Assembly (NCBI GenBank): GCA_031412135.1
Contig: JANOCL010000151.1
Span: 13,206-77,205, forward strand
Origin: Variovorax sp.
GTDB taxonomy: Bacteria > Pseudomonadota > Gammaproteobacteria > Burkholderiales > Burkholderiaceae_C
Reading direction: 5' to 3'
Length of the DNA: 64,000 nucleotides
The notes below the pieces were generated by a model that was given only the letters and a program-made list of their open reading frames with translations, was not told the DNA's origin and did not search any database. Shown one piece after another: positions 9,948-18,652 of the stretch (position 1 is the first letter of the stretch; each line of letters begins with the position of its first letter). A program made the position numbers and the translations under genes.

Positions 9948-10904
9948 ATGACAACGAACTCACGGCTACCGCTCACGGTGATTGGCGGCTTCCTGGGCGC
10001 GGGCAAGACGACACTGGTCAACCGCTGGTTGCGCGAGGCGCGCGGTCAGCGCATTGCGGTGCTTGTCAATGACTTCGGCGCGATCAACGTCGATGCCGAA
10101 CTGATCGCCGCAACGAGCGGCGACACCATCGCCCTGACCAACGGCTGCGTCTGCTGCCAGATCGGCGACGACCTGTCGCGCGCCTTGATTTCCGTGCTCG
10201 ATTCCGGCACACCTTTCGATGCGGTCGTGGTCGAAGCAAGCGGCGTGTCCGATCCCTGGCGCATCGCGCAGCTCGGGCTGGCCGACCCTGGGCTGAGCCT
10301 CGGCAGCGTCATCGTGATGGTCGACGCCTGCGCAGCACTCCAACACGCGCGCGATCCGCTTCTGGCCGACACGCTCGAGCGGCAATTGCGCGCGGCCGAC
10401 CTGATCGTGCTGAACAAGGCGGACCGCAGCACGACGGAGGAACTCGCGCGGGTGCGCGGATGGGCGGCCGGCGTGGCCGGCACAACCGCATTGATCGAAA
10501 CGATGCATGCGGTACTGCCGCTCGCCTTGATCGGCGACCCGATGTGTTTCGATCGCGCGCCCTTCGGTGCTTCTCACGAGGACTGCAGCCATACCGGAAG
10601 CGGCGAACATCATGCCCACCCGCCGGACCACGGCGCACAGTTCGAGGCATGGTCTTGCCGACCGAACCAGATTTTCCAATCGACCAGGTTACGCGAGTGG
10701 CTGCGTGAGCCGCCGCCTGGGCTGTTGCGCCTCAAGGGACTGGTGCGAACCGGCGCCTGCGAATGGTCGGAGATCCAGTTTGCAGGCCGACATGGGTCGG
10801 CACGCCTCGGCGCGGCACCGGCAACAGGCGCCTCCGTCGTCGCGATTGGCCTGCGCGGTCAGTTGCCAGCGTCCGCTCTGAGCAAAATCTTCGGGGGCTG
10901 CTGA
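9948..10904 (+). CDS. COG0523-family GTPase (CobW/YjiA/ZigA-like putative metallochaperone)
   Basis: P-loop GFLGAGKTTL. Metal-binding CxCC motif in NGCVCCQ. NKAD-type G4 motif LNKAD. His-rich stretch HEDCSHTGSGEHHAHPPDH. Confidence 0.88.
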   Translation: MTTNSRLPLTVIGGFLGAGKTTLVNRWLREARGQRIAVLVNDFGAINVDAELIAATSGDTIALTNGCVCCQIGDDLSRALISVLDSGTPFDAVVVEASGVSDPWRIAQLGLADPGLSLGSVIVMVDACAALQHARDPLLADTLERQLRAADLIVLNKADRSTTEELARVRGWAAGVAGTTALIETMHAVLPLALIGDPMCFDRAPFGASHEDCSHTGSGEHHAHPPDHGAQFEAWSCRPNQIFQSTRLREWLREPPPGLLRLKGLVRTGACEWSEIQFAGRHGSARLGAAPATGASVVAIGLRGQLPASALSKIFGGC

Positions 10905-10937
10905 GTACGGGCGCGTGCGTTTCCTGGTCCCATCCCA

Positions 10938-11873
10938 TCACCTCGCACGAGTGGACGCGCGCAGTGCCTCGAGCACACGCTGCAACGCAGGGCTCTCTTC
11001 CTGGGTGTCCCAGACCATTCCGACCGGACCGACATCGTGGCTGAGCCGCAGCCGCAGCATGGACAGCACGCCGAGCGCCTGATCCCGCACGGCCGCGGCG
11101 CCGGACGTCACACCGAGGCAGTCGGTGCGTTGCAGAAGCTCCTGGTTGAGCGTGCCGGAGGCTGATTCCACCCAAGGTACAGGCGGCGCCAGCCCATGGT
11201 GCAGGAAGGTACTGTCGATGGCCCGGCGCAAGGCAGTGTCGCGCGGCGGCAGTATCCACGGGTAGGCCGCAGCCCCGGACCAGGTCTGCCTTTTGGCGCG
11301 CAGCAACGGATGAGAACGCCCCACGACGACGCAGTGCGGATCGTCGAAAAGCGGCTCGCTGCGCACTTGTGGACCGAAGGCGCGCTCGTCGAGGCGGCCG
11401 ACGATCAGATCGATTTCGCGGCGCCGGAAGCGGGCCCACAGCCCGGACGCGATGTCTTCCACCACCTCGATCTGCGGCCCCTCGGGCTGGCCCCGCAGGT
11501 GAACCAGCGCGCGCGGCAGCAGGCCTGCGCTTCCCACGCCCATGCTCCCGATGCGCACCACGCCCACCGAACCGGTCGACACCGAATCGAGCTCGATCTT
11601 CAGCTGATGCGAATCCGCCACCATGCGGCGCGCGTGGCGCAGCGCCACCGGCAGGTAGGCACTCGGCTTCAGCTGCCGGCCGCGGACGAACAGAGTCACG
11701 CCGAGCGCCGCCTCTATTTCAGCCAGCCACTGCGACACGGCCGGCTGGCTCACACCCAGCGCCTCGGCAGTGCTGGTGAGGCTGCCATGCCGATCGAGCT
11801 CAAGCAGGATTTCCAGGTGACGAAGGCGAAGCCGCCTCAGGTTGAGCGCGAGCTGCAGGCCCGGGGTTGCCAT
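10938..11873 (-). CDS. LysR-family transcriptional regulator
   Basis: 311 aa. N-terminal HTH LRHLEILLELDRHGSLTSTAEALGVSQPAVSQWLAEIE. Divergent from the Bug-hydrolase pair. Confidence 0.9.
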   Translation of the reverse strand: MATPGLQLALNLRRLRLRHLEILLELDRHGSLTSTAEALGVSQPAVSQWLAEIEAALGVTLFVRGRQLKPSAYLPVALRHARRMVADSHQLKIELDSVSTGSVGVVRIGSMGVGSAGLLPRALVHLRGQPEGPQIEVVEDIASGLWARFRRREIDLIVGRLDERAFGPQVRSEPLFDDPHCVVVGRSHPLLRAKRQTWSGAAAYPWILPPRDTALRRAIDSTFLHHGLAPPVPWVESASGTLNQELLQRTDCLGVTSGAAAVRDQALGVLSMLRLRLSHDVGPVGMVWDTQEESPALQRVLEALRASTRAR

Positions 11874-11969
11874 AAGCGATTGCGATGGATCAAGCTGAAA
11901 TCAGCGGTGGATGATTATGAGCGGCAGGGCGATCATCCGGCATCGATTTCGATTCATGGAGCTGAGGCA

Positions 11970-12947
11970 ATGATCTTTTCCCAGAGAACCCTGCGTGGCC
12001 TGTGCGGCCTGGCAATCGGCCTGGTGCTCGGCGTCGGCCATGCCGATGGCTTTCCCGACAGGCCGATCAAGCTGACGGTGCCTTTCCCGCCGGGTGGCGG
12101 CACCGACATCGTCGCGCGCCGGCTCGCCGAGGGCCTGCGCCAGGAGTTGGGGCAGCCGGTGGTGGTCGAGAACCGCGCCGGCGCCAGCGGCAACATCGGT
12201 GCCGAAAGCGTGGCCCGCGCCGCGTCGGACGGGTACGCGCTCATGCTGACGGCCGCGCCCTTCGCCATCGCGCCGGCGGTCTTCAAATCGCTGGCCTTCG
12301 ATCCGGTCAAGGACTTCACGCCGGTAACCCAGGTCGCCTCGGTGCCGCTGCTGATAGTGACTCGCGCGGACTCGCGTTTCAACACCATCGCCGACGTGAT
12401 CGCCGCGGCACGCAAGGACGCCAACGCACTGAGCTACGCAACCTTCGGCAACGGTTCCCCGCCGCACCTGGTCGGCGAAAGCATGAAGGCGATGACCAGG
12501 ATCGGAATGACCCACGTCCCGTACAAGGGCGGCCAGGCGGCGCTGCCGGACATTCTTTCGGGGCAGATCGACATCGCGATCATGGATGTCGTGTCGATGA
12601 CGCCGCTCATCAAGGCCGGCCGCCTGCGCGCGCTCGCCATCACGGGTCCGGCGCGCACGCCGGTGTTTCCCGAAGTGCCGACGCTCACGCAGGCCGGCGT
12701 GCCCTTCGACACTGTCGGCTGGTATGCGGTGTTCGGCCCAGCGCGCATGGACCCCGCCGTTACGGCGCGACTCAATGGCGCGATCAACAAGGTCATGGCC
12801 CGGCCCGACATGCGCAACTTGCTGCTGGACACCGGCTCGATCCCGCTCGAGCCGGCACTGAGCGCGTCCGAGTGGGGCAAGGCGTTCGCGAACAATGTGC
12901 AAGTCTGGGGCCGCGTCGCGCGCGAGTCCGGCGCCACGATCGACTGA
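11970..12947 (+). CDS. Bug-family (TctC-like) tripartite tricarboxylate transporter substrate-binding protein
   Basis: Internal ATG of track ORF 11196..12947. Signal peptide MIFSQRTLRGLCGLAIGLVLGVGHA, then the family hallmark PDRPIKLTVPFPPGGGTDIVAR and VPYKGG. Confidence 0.9.
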   Translation: MIFSQRTLRGLCGLAIGLVLGVGHADGFPDRPIKLTVPFPPGGGTDIVARRLAEGLRQELGQPVVVENRAGASGNIGAESVARAASDGYALMLTAAPFAIAPAVFKSLAFDPVKDFTPVTQVASVPLLIVTRADSRFNTIADVIAAARKDANALSYATFGNGSPPHLVGESMKAMTRIGMTHVPYKGGQAALPDILSGQIDIAIMDVVSMTPLIKAGRLRALAITGPARTPVFPEVPTLTQAGVPFDTVGWYAVFGPARMDPAVTARLNGAINKVMARPDMRNLLLDTGSIPLEPALSASEWGKAFANNVQVWGRVARESGATID

Positions 12948-12956
12948 GGGGCGGCA

Positions 12957-14219
12957 GTGACGGTGCACGATGTGAAGATCGTCCGCGACGTTGTCTATGG
13001 CCATGGCCTGGTGCAGCGCGGCGGGCATGGCGGCCCGAGGGCGCGGCTGCTCAAGCTGGACTTGTACCTGCCGGCGGACGATGGCAGCGGGCGCGCGCGA
13101 CCGGCGCTGGTGATGGCATTCGGCGGCGCCTTCCATCGGGGCTCGAAGGAGAACGATGCCTTCGAGGGCGGCACCAACACCTCGGTCGCCGACTACTGCC
13201 TTCGCTTTGCGCGCCGCGGCTACGTGGCCTGCGCGATCGACTACCGGCTGGCGACCGAAGACCCCGAACCGGGCGCCACGCAGGTGGTGTCGTCACCCTC
13301 GTCCATCCCGACCTCGCGGGTGGACGTCGTGCGCCGCATCCTCGGCCTGCCGCCTGCCACGCCCGACATGCTGTGGCGCAGCATCGAATCGGCGAGCGAT
13401 GACATGGCGGCCGCGGTGCACTTCGTGCGCCACCACGCCCGCGACTGGCACGTCGACACGGCGCGTATCGCGCTGGGCGGTTTCTCGGCCGGTGCGCGCA
13501 CGGCGCTCAATGCGGCCTTCGGCGAAAAGGCACCCGTCGCGGCGGTGGTGAGCCTGTCTGGATTCATGGACGCGAAGGATCTGGCTCACCATGCGCCCAG
13601 AGGCTGCGGCGGCCCGGCGACGTTGCTCGTGAGTGCTGAAAACGACCTGGACTATGTGTGCGGCGCGGCACCCGGCATCGCAAGCCATCTGCGCGACGCG
13701 GGCCTGCACTGTGAACGCGTGGAGGTACCCGCCGCCGGCCATTTCTATCCGGCTGAAGCGGCGGCACTTGCCGATTGCGGCGGCGCACGAAGTGTCCCCA
13801 CGACGGTTGAAGCGGCGATGGTGGATTTTCTTTCGCGGGCGCTGGCGCCGCCCGTTGGCACCGTCATGCTCGACGCCTTTGCCGACGCCTGGAATCGCCA
13901 CGACATCGATGCGCTCATGACCTGCATGGCACCCGACTGCGTGTTCGAGGCCAGCTTCGGCCCCGATGCCTGCGGCACGCGATACGAGGGCACCGCCGCC
14001 GTGCGCGAGGGATTCAGTCGGGCCTGGCGGGAGTACCCGGACGCGCAATGGCGCCGTGCACGGCACTTCATCGCCGGCAACCGGGGCGTGTCGGAGTGGA
14101 CCTTCAGCGGCACGCGCGCGAGCGACGGCGTGCGGGTTGAAACCGACGGGTTGGACCTCTTCACGTTCGAAGCCGGGCGCATACGCATCAAGAACTCGTG
14201 GCGCAAGCAGCGCAGCTGA
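12957..14219 (+). CDS. Alpha/beta-hydrolase (esterase/lipase-like) fused to a C-terminal SnoaL-like domain
   Basis: 420 aa with a GTG start. Oxyanion-type MAFGGAFHRG and nucleophile elbow GGFSAGA. The last ~118 aa (LDAFADAWNRHDIDALMTCMAPDCVF...LFTFEAGRIRIKN) align residue for residue with the ORF at 669..1082. Confidence 0.8.
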   Translation: MTVHDVKIVRDVVYGHGLVQRGGHGGPRARLLKLDLYLPADDGSGRARPALVMAFGGAFHRGSKENDAFEGGTNTSVADYCLRFARRGYVACAIDYRLATEDPEPGATQVVSSPSSIPTSRVDVVRRILGLPPATPDMLWRSIESASDDMAAAVHFVRHHARDWHVDTARIALGGFSAGARTALNAAFGEKAPVAAVVSLSGFMDAKDLAHHAPRGCGGPATLLVSAENDLDYVCGAAPGIASHLRDAGLHCERVEVPAAGHFYPAEAAALADCGGARSVPTTVEAAMVDFLSRALAPPVGTVMLDAFADAWNRHDIDALMTCMAPDCVFEASFGPDACGTRYEGTAAVREGFSRAWREYPDAQWRRARHFIAGNRGVSEWTFSGTRASDGVRVETDGLDLFTFEAGRIRIKNSWRKQRS

Positions 14220-14425
14220 CAAGGCGAACAAGGCCCGAGAACTTGCGTGGTGCCGCTGGCGCTGCGCAAGCACATGCCGGGCGCCTTGCCGCAAGCGCTG
14301 TGCCCGGCCAGGATCTCGGCGTAGCGAGCGGCAGGCGGCAGGCGGCAACTGAATCAAGCGCCGGTGTCCAGGGCCGATTCGATGGCTCGGGTTTGCGGTG
14401 GCTGCGCATCGTGGCGGGGTCGCGC

Positions 14426-15325
14426 TCAAAGGCCGCTGGCCGTGCGCTGGCGTTGAAGCTCGGCCAGCACCGAAGTCATCGCGTCCCGCAGGGCGCCGAC
14501 ACCGCGATGCTCGTCGTCGGCCTTGCGGGTCACGAGCGAGAACTGGACCGCAGGCGCATTCCGGCCCAGCCGCAAGACGCGCACGGGGTACATGTGCAGC
14601 AGCCGCGGGTCCGCGATCTGCACCACGGCGACGCCCAGGCCGGAGCTGACCATCGCGACGATGGCCGATATCGCATCGAACTCCAGGCCGGGGCGCTTGT
14701 CGCGCACATGGGCCTGCACGTAACGCGCCGCAATCGAGCCCGAGATGGTGTCCTTGTCGTAGCGAATCCATTCGTGTTGGCGAAAGAGCGCCGCGACCGT
14801 CGCTTCCCGGGCTTCCGGCGGCGCCAGCATCACCATCTCCCGCCGCACCATGGGTTGCCAGCGCAGCCGGGTCGATGCGCCGTTCTCCGGCTGTGCGACC
14901 AGCGCAGCATCGAGTGCGCCGGACTTCAGCGCTGCAGCCAGGCCGTTGCTGCGGCCACGCGTCGGCCGAACGTCGAGCCGGGGATGGTGGTCACGCAGGA
15001 TGCGCAGCATGCCAGGCAGAAGCAGGGTCTGCATCGAATCGATGACACCCAGCCGCAGCACGCCTTCGATCGCTCCGCCCTGCCGCCGGCGCAGCGATTC
15101 GACTTGCTGCATCGCTTCGCGCATCGACGCCGACAAGTCCTGGGCCAGCCGGGTCGGCCGGACTTGAAGGCCGGACCGGTCGAACAGAGGCCGGCCCATG
15201 TAGAGCTCGAGCTGCTTCATCTTCATGCTCACGGCGCTGGGCGTGAGGTTCATCTCGGCTGCAGCGGCGGCCAGTGTGCCGGTCCGCAGCACGGCGTCGA
15301 GCGTGGTGAACGAGTCGAGTTTCAT
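14426..15325 (-). CDS. LysR-family transcriptional regulator
   Basis: 299 aa. The HTH region LDAVLRTGTLAAAAAEMNLTPSAVSMKMKQLE is present. Divergent from the TauD-like gene. Confidence 0.9.
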   Translation of the reverse strand: MKLDSFTTLDAVLRTGTLAAAAAEMNLTPSAVSMKMKQLELYMGRPLFDRSGLQVRPTRLAQDLSASMREAMQQVESLRRRQGGAIEGVLRLGVIDSMQTLLLPGMLRILRDHHPRLDVRPTRGRSNGLAAALKSGALDAALVAQPENGASTRLRWQPMVRREMVMLAPPEAREATVAALFRQHEWIRYDKDTISGSIAARYVQAHVRDKRPGLEFDAISAIVAMVSSGLGVAVVQIADPRLLHMYPVRVLRLGRNAPAVQFSLVTRKADDEHRGVGALRDAMTSVLAELQRQRTASGL

Positions 15326-15333
15326 CAGTTTCC

Positions 15334-15350
15334 TTGATGTAGTTCGTCAA
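15334..15350. promoter_or_regulatory. Inverted repeat TTGA-N9-TCAA in the LysR/TauD divergent intergenic region; candidate LysR-type binding site
   Basis: Read directly as TTGATGTAGTTCGTCAA, 9 nt upstream of the LysR start codon. It is not a canonical T-N11-A box. Confidence 0.25.
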
Positions 15351-15394
15351 AAGACTTCGCTATTTTGAATGGTCCTTTCTGCCTAGACTGCCGC

Positions 15395-16543
15395 ATGTCC
15401 CGAGACCACTCTGCATCCTCGCCACAGTCCTGGCTCAGCACCGAGGTGCGTGACGACAGTTCCTGGATTCAACGCCTGTCTGCCGACGAAATCGAAGGCT
15501 TCGACACCGCCCTGGCCCACGCACAGCGGGTCGGCAAGCCGCCGCTTTCGATGACCCAGGAAGACTTTCCGCTCAACCCTTCGGCCAAAGACGCGTTGGC
15601 GCGCGCCATCGGCACGACGCAAGGCCGCTGGGGCATGTGCTTGCTGCGCGGCTTCCCGGTCGATCGCTGGACCGAGGATGAATGCCGGCTCGCGGTCTGG
15701 GGCATGAGCCTGCACATGGGCGTGGCGCGCACGCAGAACCGCGCCAGCCAGATCATGAACGACGTGCGCGACGAGGGCGGCAATTACAAGGTGAAGGGCG
15801 GCCGCGGCTACAACACCAACGCCGGGCTCGACTTTCATCAGGACTCCTGCGACGTGGTCGCGTTGCTGTGCCGTCGGACGGCGCGGGTCGGCGGCGCCAG
15901 CAAGGTGGTGAGCTCGATCGCCGTGCGCGACGAGATCGCGCGGACGCGGCCGGACATGATCCCGGTACTGCAAGGGTCGTGGCACCACAGTTATCAAGGC
16001 GCGCAGGACCCGAGCCAACCGCCGTTCTACAACTGCCCCATCCTCGGCAGCGACCCGAAGAACTTCGCGATGCGGACCAACCGCAAGAACACCGACGCCG
16101 CCCAGCGCGACTTCGAGGACGCGCCGAGATTGGTCGACGCGCAGCGCGAAGTGCTGGACTTGCTCGACGCCTTGCTTCCGGACCCACGCTTCTGCTACAC
16201 CATGACGCTGGAGCGCGGCGACCTGCAGTTGCTCAACAACTACGTTACTTTGCATTCGCGCACGCCCTTCGAGGATTTCGAGGTGGCGGACCAGAAGCGC
16301 CACCTGTTCCGACTCTGGATGGCAATACCCTCATCGCAGCCGCTGCCCGCCGAGTGGGAGGGGTACTACGGCGATGTGCGTGCAGGCTCGGTGCGCGGCG
16401 GCGTGCGCGGCAGCGCAATCACGCCCGAGTTCGTCGCGTATGAAAAGCGGCAGGCCGCGGCGATGGGCATGCACCTGAAGCCGTGGACGCAGCCTGCCGA
16501 AATCCACGTGCCAACCCGAATGCCACCCCAGGAAGAATCATGA
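15395..16543 (+). CDS. TauD/TfdA-family Fe(II)/2-oxoglutarate-dependent dioxygenase
   Basis: Track ORF 15365..16543 uses a TTG start; I prefer the in-frame ATG at 15395. HxD facial-triad motif in LDFHQDSCD, distal His in VTLHSRTPF and Arg in RHLFRLW. Confidence 0.8.
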   Translation: MSRDHSASSPQSWLSTEVRDDSSWIQRLSADEIEGFDTALAHAQRVGKPPLSMTQEDFPLNPSAKDALARAIGTTQGRWGMCLLRGFPVDRWTEDECRLAVWGMSLHMGVARTQNRASQIMNDVRDEGGNYKVKGGRGYNTNAGLDFHQDSCDVVALLCRRTARVGGASKVVSSIAVRDEIARTRPDMIPVLQGSWHHSYQGAQDPSQPPFYNCPILGSDPKNFAMRTNRKNTDAAQRDFEDAPRLVDAQREVLDLLDALLPDPRFCYTMTLERGDLQLLNNYVTLHSRTPFEDFEVADQKRHLFRLWMAIPSSQPLPAEWEGYYGDVRAGSVRGGVRGSAITPEFVAYEKRQAAAMGMHLKPWTQPAEIHVPTRMPPQEES

Positions 16544-17541
16544 ATATCCCGAAGACAAAGCTGCGCCGCGCGCTCGTCGCGTTCACTCTGTGCGCCATCT
16601 GCCTTGCGGGGCCGGCGGGCGCGCAGCAGTCCGAAGCTGCCGCCAGCTATCCGTCGCGCCCCATCACCATCGTCGTCGGCTTCCCGCCTGGCGGCGCGAC
16701 CGACATCGTCGCGCGCATGGTGGCTGCCAAGTTGAGCCAGTCTCTGGGGCAGCCGGTGATCGTGGACAACAAACCCGGCGCAAGCTCGAACATCGCGACG
16801 GAGAACGTCGTCCGCTCCAGGCCGGACGGCTACACACTGCTCGTGGAGACGATCGCAAACGCGACCAACATGTCGGTCTACAAGAACCTCAAGTACGACA
16901 CCGCGCGCGACCTGAGTCCGATCATCCAGTTCATGTCTTCGCCGAGCGTTCTGGTCGTCAATTCTTCGCTGCCGGCGAAAGACGTTAAGTCGCTGATTTC
17001 GCTGGCCAAGTCGCAGCCGGGCAAGCTGAGCTATGCATCGTCCGGCGTCGGCGGCTCGCCGCATCTGGCGGGCGAGATGCTGAAGCTGCGCGCGGGCGTC
17101 GACATCCTGCACGTGCCCTACAAGGGCGCTACGCCTGCGTTGACGGATGTGATGTCGGGCACCGTGTCCATGGGATTCATGACGTCGCTGGGTGCGCTGC
17201 CGTTCATGCAGAGCGGCCAGTTGCGGCCCCTGGCGGTCGCTTACCCCTCGCGCCTGCCCGAGTTGCCCGACGTGCCCACGATGGCCGAAGCGGGCCTGCC
17301 CGATTTCGAGGTCAATTCCTGGAATGGCCTGGCGGCGCCCGCCGGCACCCCGCAGCCCATCATCGACAAGCTGAACCGGGAGGTCGACAAGATCCTGGCC
17401 ATGCCGGACGTACGCAAGCAGTTGCAGACATTGGGCGCACAGGCCGTCGGCGGGTCGTCGAAACAGTTCTCGGACTATGTGCAGGCCGAGACCAGGAAGT
17501 GGCGCGAAGTGGTTCAGACGGCGGGGATCTCGCTGGACTGA
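16540..17541 (+). CDS. Bug-family (TctC-like) substrate-binding protein
   Basis: Internal ATG overlaps the upstream stop (ATGA). Signal peptide MNIPKTKLRRALVAFTLCAICLAGPAGA, then PSRPITIVVGFPPGGATDIVAR and VPYKGA. Confidence 0.9.
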   Translation: MNIPKTKLRRALVAFTLCAICLAGPAGAQQSEAAASYPSRPITIVVGFPPGGATDIVARMVAAKLSQSLGQPVIVDNKPGASSNIATENVVRSRPDGYTLLVETIANATNMSVYKNLKYDTARDLSPIIQFMSSPSVLVVNSSLPAKDVKSLISLAKSQPGKLSYASSGVGGSPHLAGEMLKLRAGVDILHVPYKGATPALTDVMSGTVSMGFMTSLGALPFMQSGQLRPLAVAYPSRLPELPDVPTMAEAGLPDFEVNSWNGLAAPAGTPQPIIDKLNREVDKILAMPDVRKQLQTLGAQAVGGSSKQFSDYVQAETRKWREVVQTAGISLD

Positions 17542-17554
17542 CCAGGGCCTCACG

Positions 17555-18538
17555 ATGACGACACGCATCGCCCTGGTCACCACCGGAGGCACCATCGTTT
17601 CGCGGATCGACGAGGCCACTGGGCTGGCAATGCCGGTGCTGTCCGGCGGCGCGTTGCTGGAAACCTTGTCGGGCCTGACCGACATCGAAGCCATCGAAGT
17701 GCATGACCTCATGCGCCTCGCCTCGCCTCAGATCGAGCCTGCCCACTGGACGGCTCTGCATGCGGAGATCCAGGCCCTGGTCGATCGCGACGACATTGCA
17801 GGTGTCGTCGTGACGCATGGCACCAGCACGCTCGAAGAAACGGCCTGGTTCCTGGACCTGACGCTCGATACCGACAAGCCGATCGTCGTGACCGGCGCGC
17901 AGCGCAACGCGTCGGAACGCGATTTCGACGGAACGCGCAATCTGCTGAACGCGCTGCACATCTGCCGTGCCGAAGGCGCGCGTGCCATGGGCGTGCTGGT
18001 AGCGCTGAACGACCATATCAACGCGGCGCGAGAAGCCACCAAGACCCACACGCTGGACGTTGAAACTTTTCAATCGGGCGAGTGGGGCTATCTCGGCGCA
18101 CTGGTGAAGGATCGCGTGGTGTTTCATCGCCGGCCTTTGCGCAGGGTCCATGTGCCGCTGATGACTGCGGCCATGCCCGCGGTGGAGATCGTGTCCATGT
18201 ACGCGGGCGCCAGCGGCGCGCTGGTCAGGGCAGCCGGAGCCGCAGGCGCGCAAGGTTTGGTGGTGCAGGCGGTGGCATCGGGGCATGTGAATGAGGCCAT
18301 GTACGCGGCGATCGTCGACGTCCTGGCTCTCGGGCTGCCCGTGGTCATTGCAACGCGGATTCCCCGAGGCGGCACCCGAACCGGCTACGGATTCACGGGG
18401 TCGTCCCAGCAACTCGTGCAGGCGGGCGCGGTGTTGAGCGGCGACCTGTCGGCCTGGAAGGCGAGGATTCTGCTGATGTTGGCGTTGCAGGCAGGGCAAG
18501 GCGACCGGGACTCGCTGCGCCAATTGTTCGAGCGCTGA
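17555..18538 (+). CDS. L-asparaginase/glutaminase family protein
   Basis: Internal ATG of track ORF 17477..18538. Catalytic-Thr motif ALVTTGGTIVS. The second motif is VVTHGTSTLEETAWFL. Confidence 0.85.
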   Translation: MTTRIALVTTGGTIVSRIDEATGLAMPVLSGGALLETLSGLTDIEAIEVHDLMRLASPQIEPAHWTALHAEIQALVDRDDIAGVVVTHGTSTLEETAWFLDLTLDTDKPIVVTGAQRNASERDFDGTRNLLNALHICRAEGARAMGVLVALNDHINAAREATKTHTLDVETFQSGEWGYLGALVKDRVVFHRRPLRRVHVPLMTAAMPAVEIVSMYAGASGALVRAAGAAGAQGLVVQAVASGHVNEAMYAAIVDVLALGLPVVIATRIPRGGTRTGYGFTGSSQQLVQAGAVLSGDLSAWKARILLMLALQAGQGDRDSLRQLFER

Positions 18539-18652
18539 ATGGAACGAATCCGGGCCCGGCCACCTGGCGTCCCGCACCGGCGAGGAAGCCGCGGGGGCGT
18601 GCACAATCGCCGAGCCGTGGAGAGCGGCATCAACGCAAGGAGAATTTGCAAG

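Noticed and set aside
14330-14350. Short tandem GCAGGCG GCAGGCG in the convergent intergenic region 14220-14425, and a weak CTTGCG...CGCAAG stem nearby.
   Set aside because: Two copies of a 7-mer in GC-rich DNA are not meaningful. The stem has a 17-nt loop and no U-tract, so I make no terminator call.
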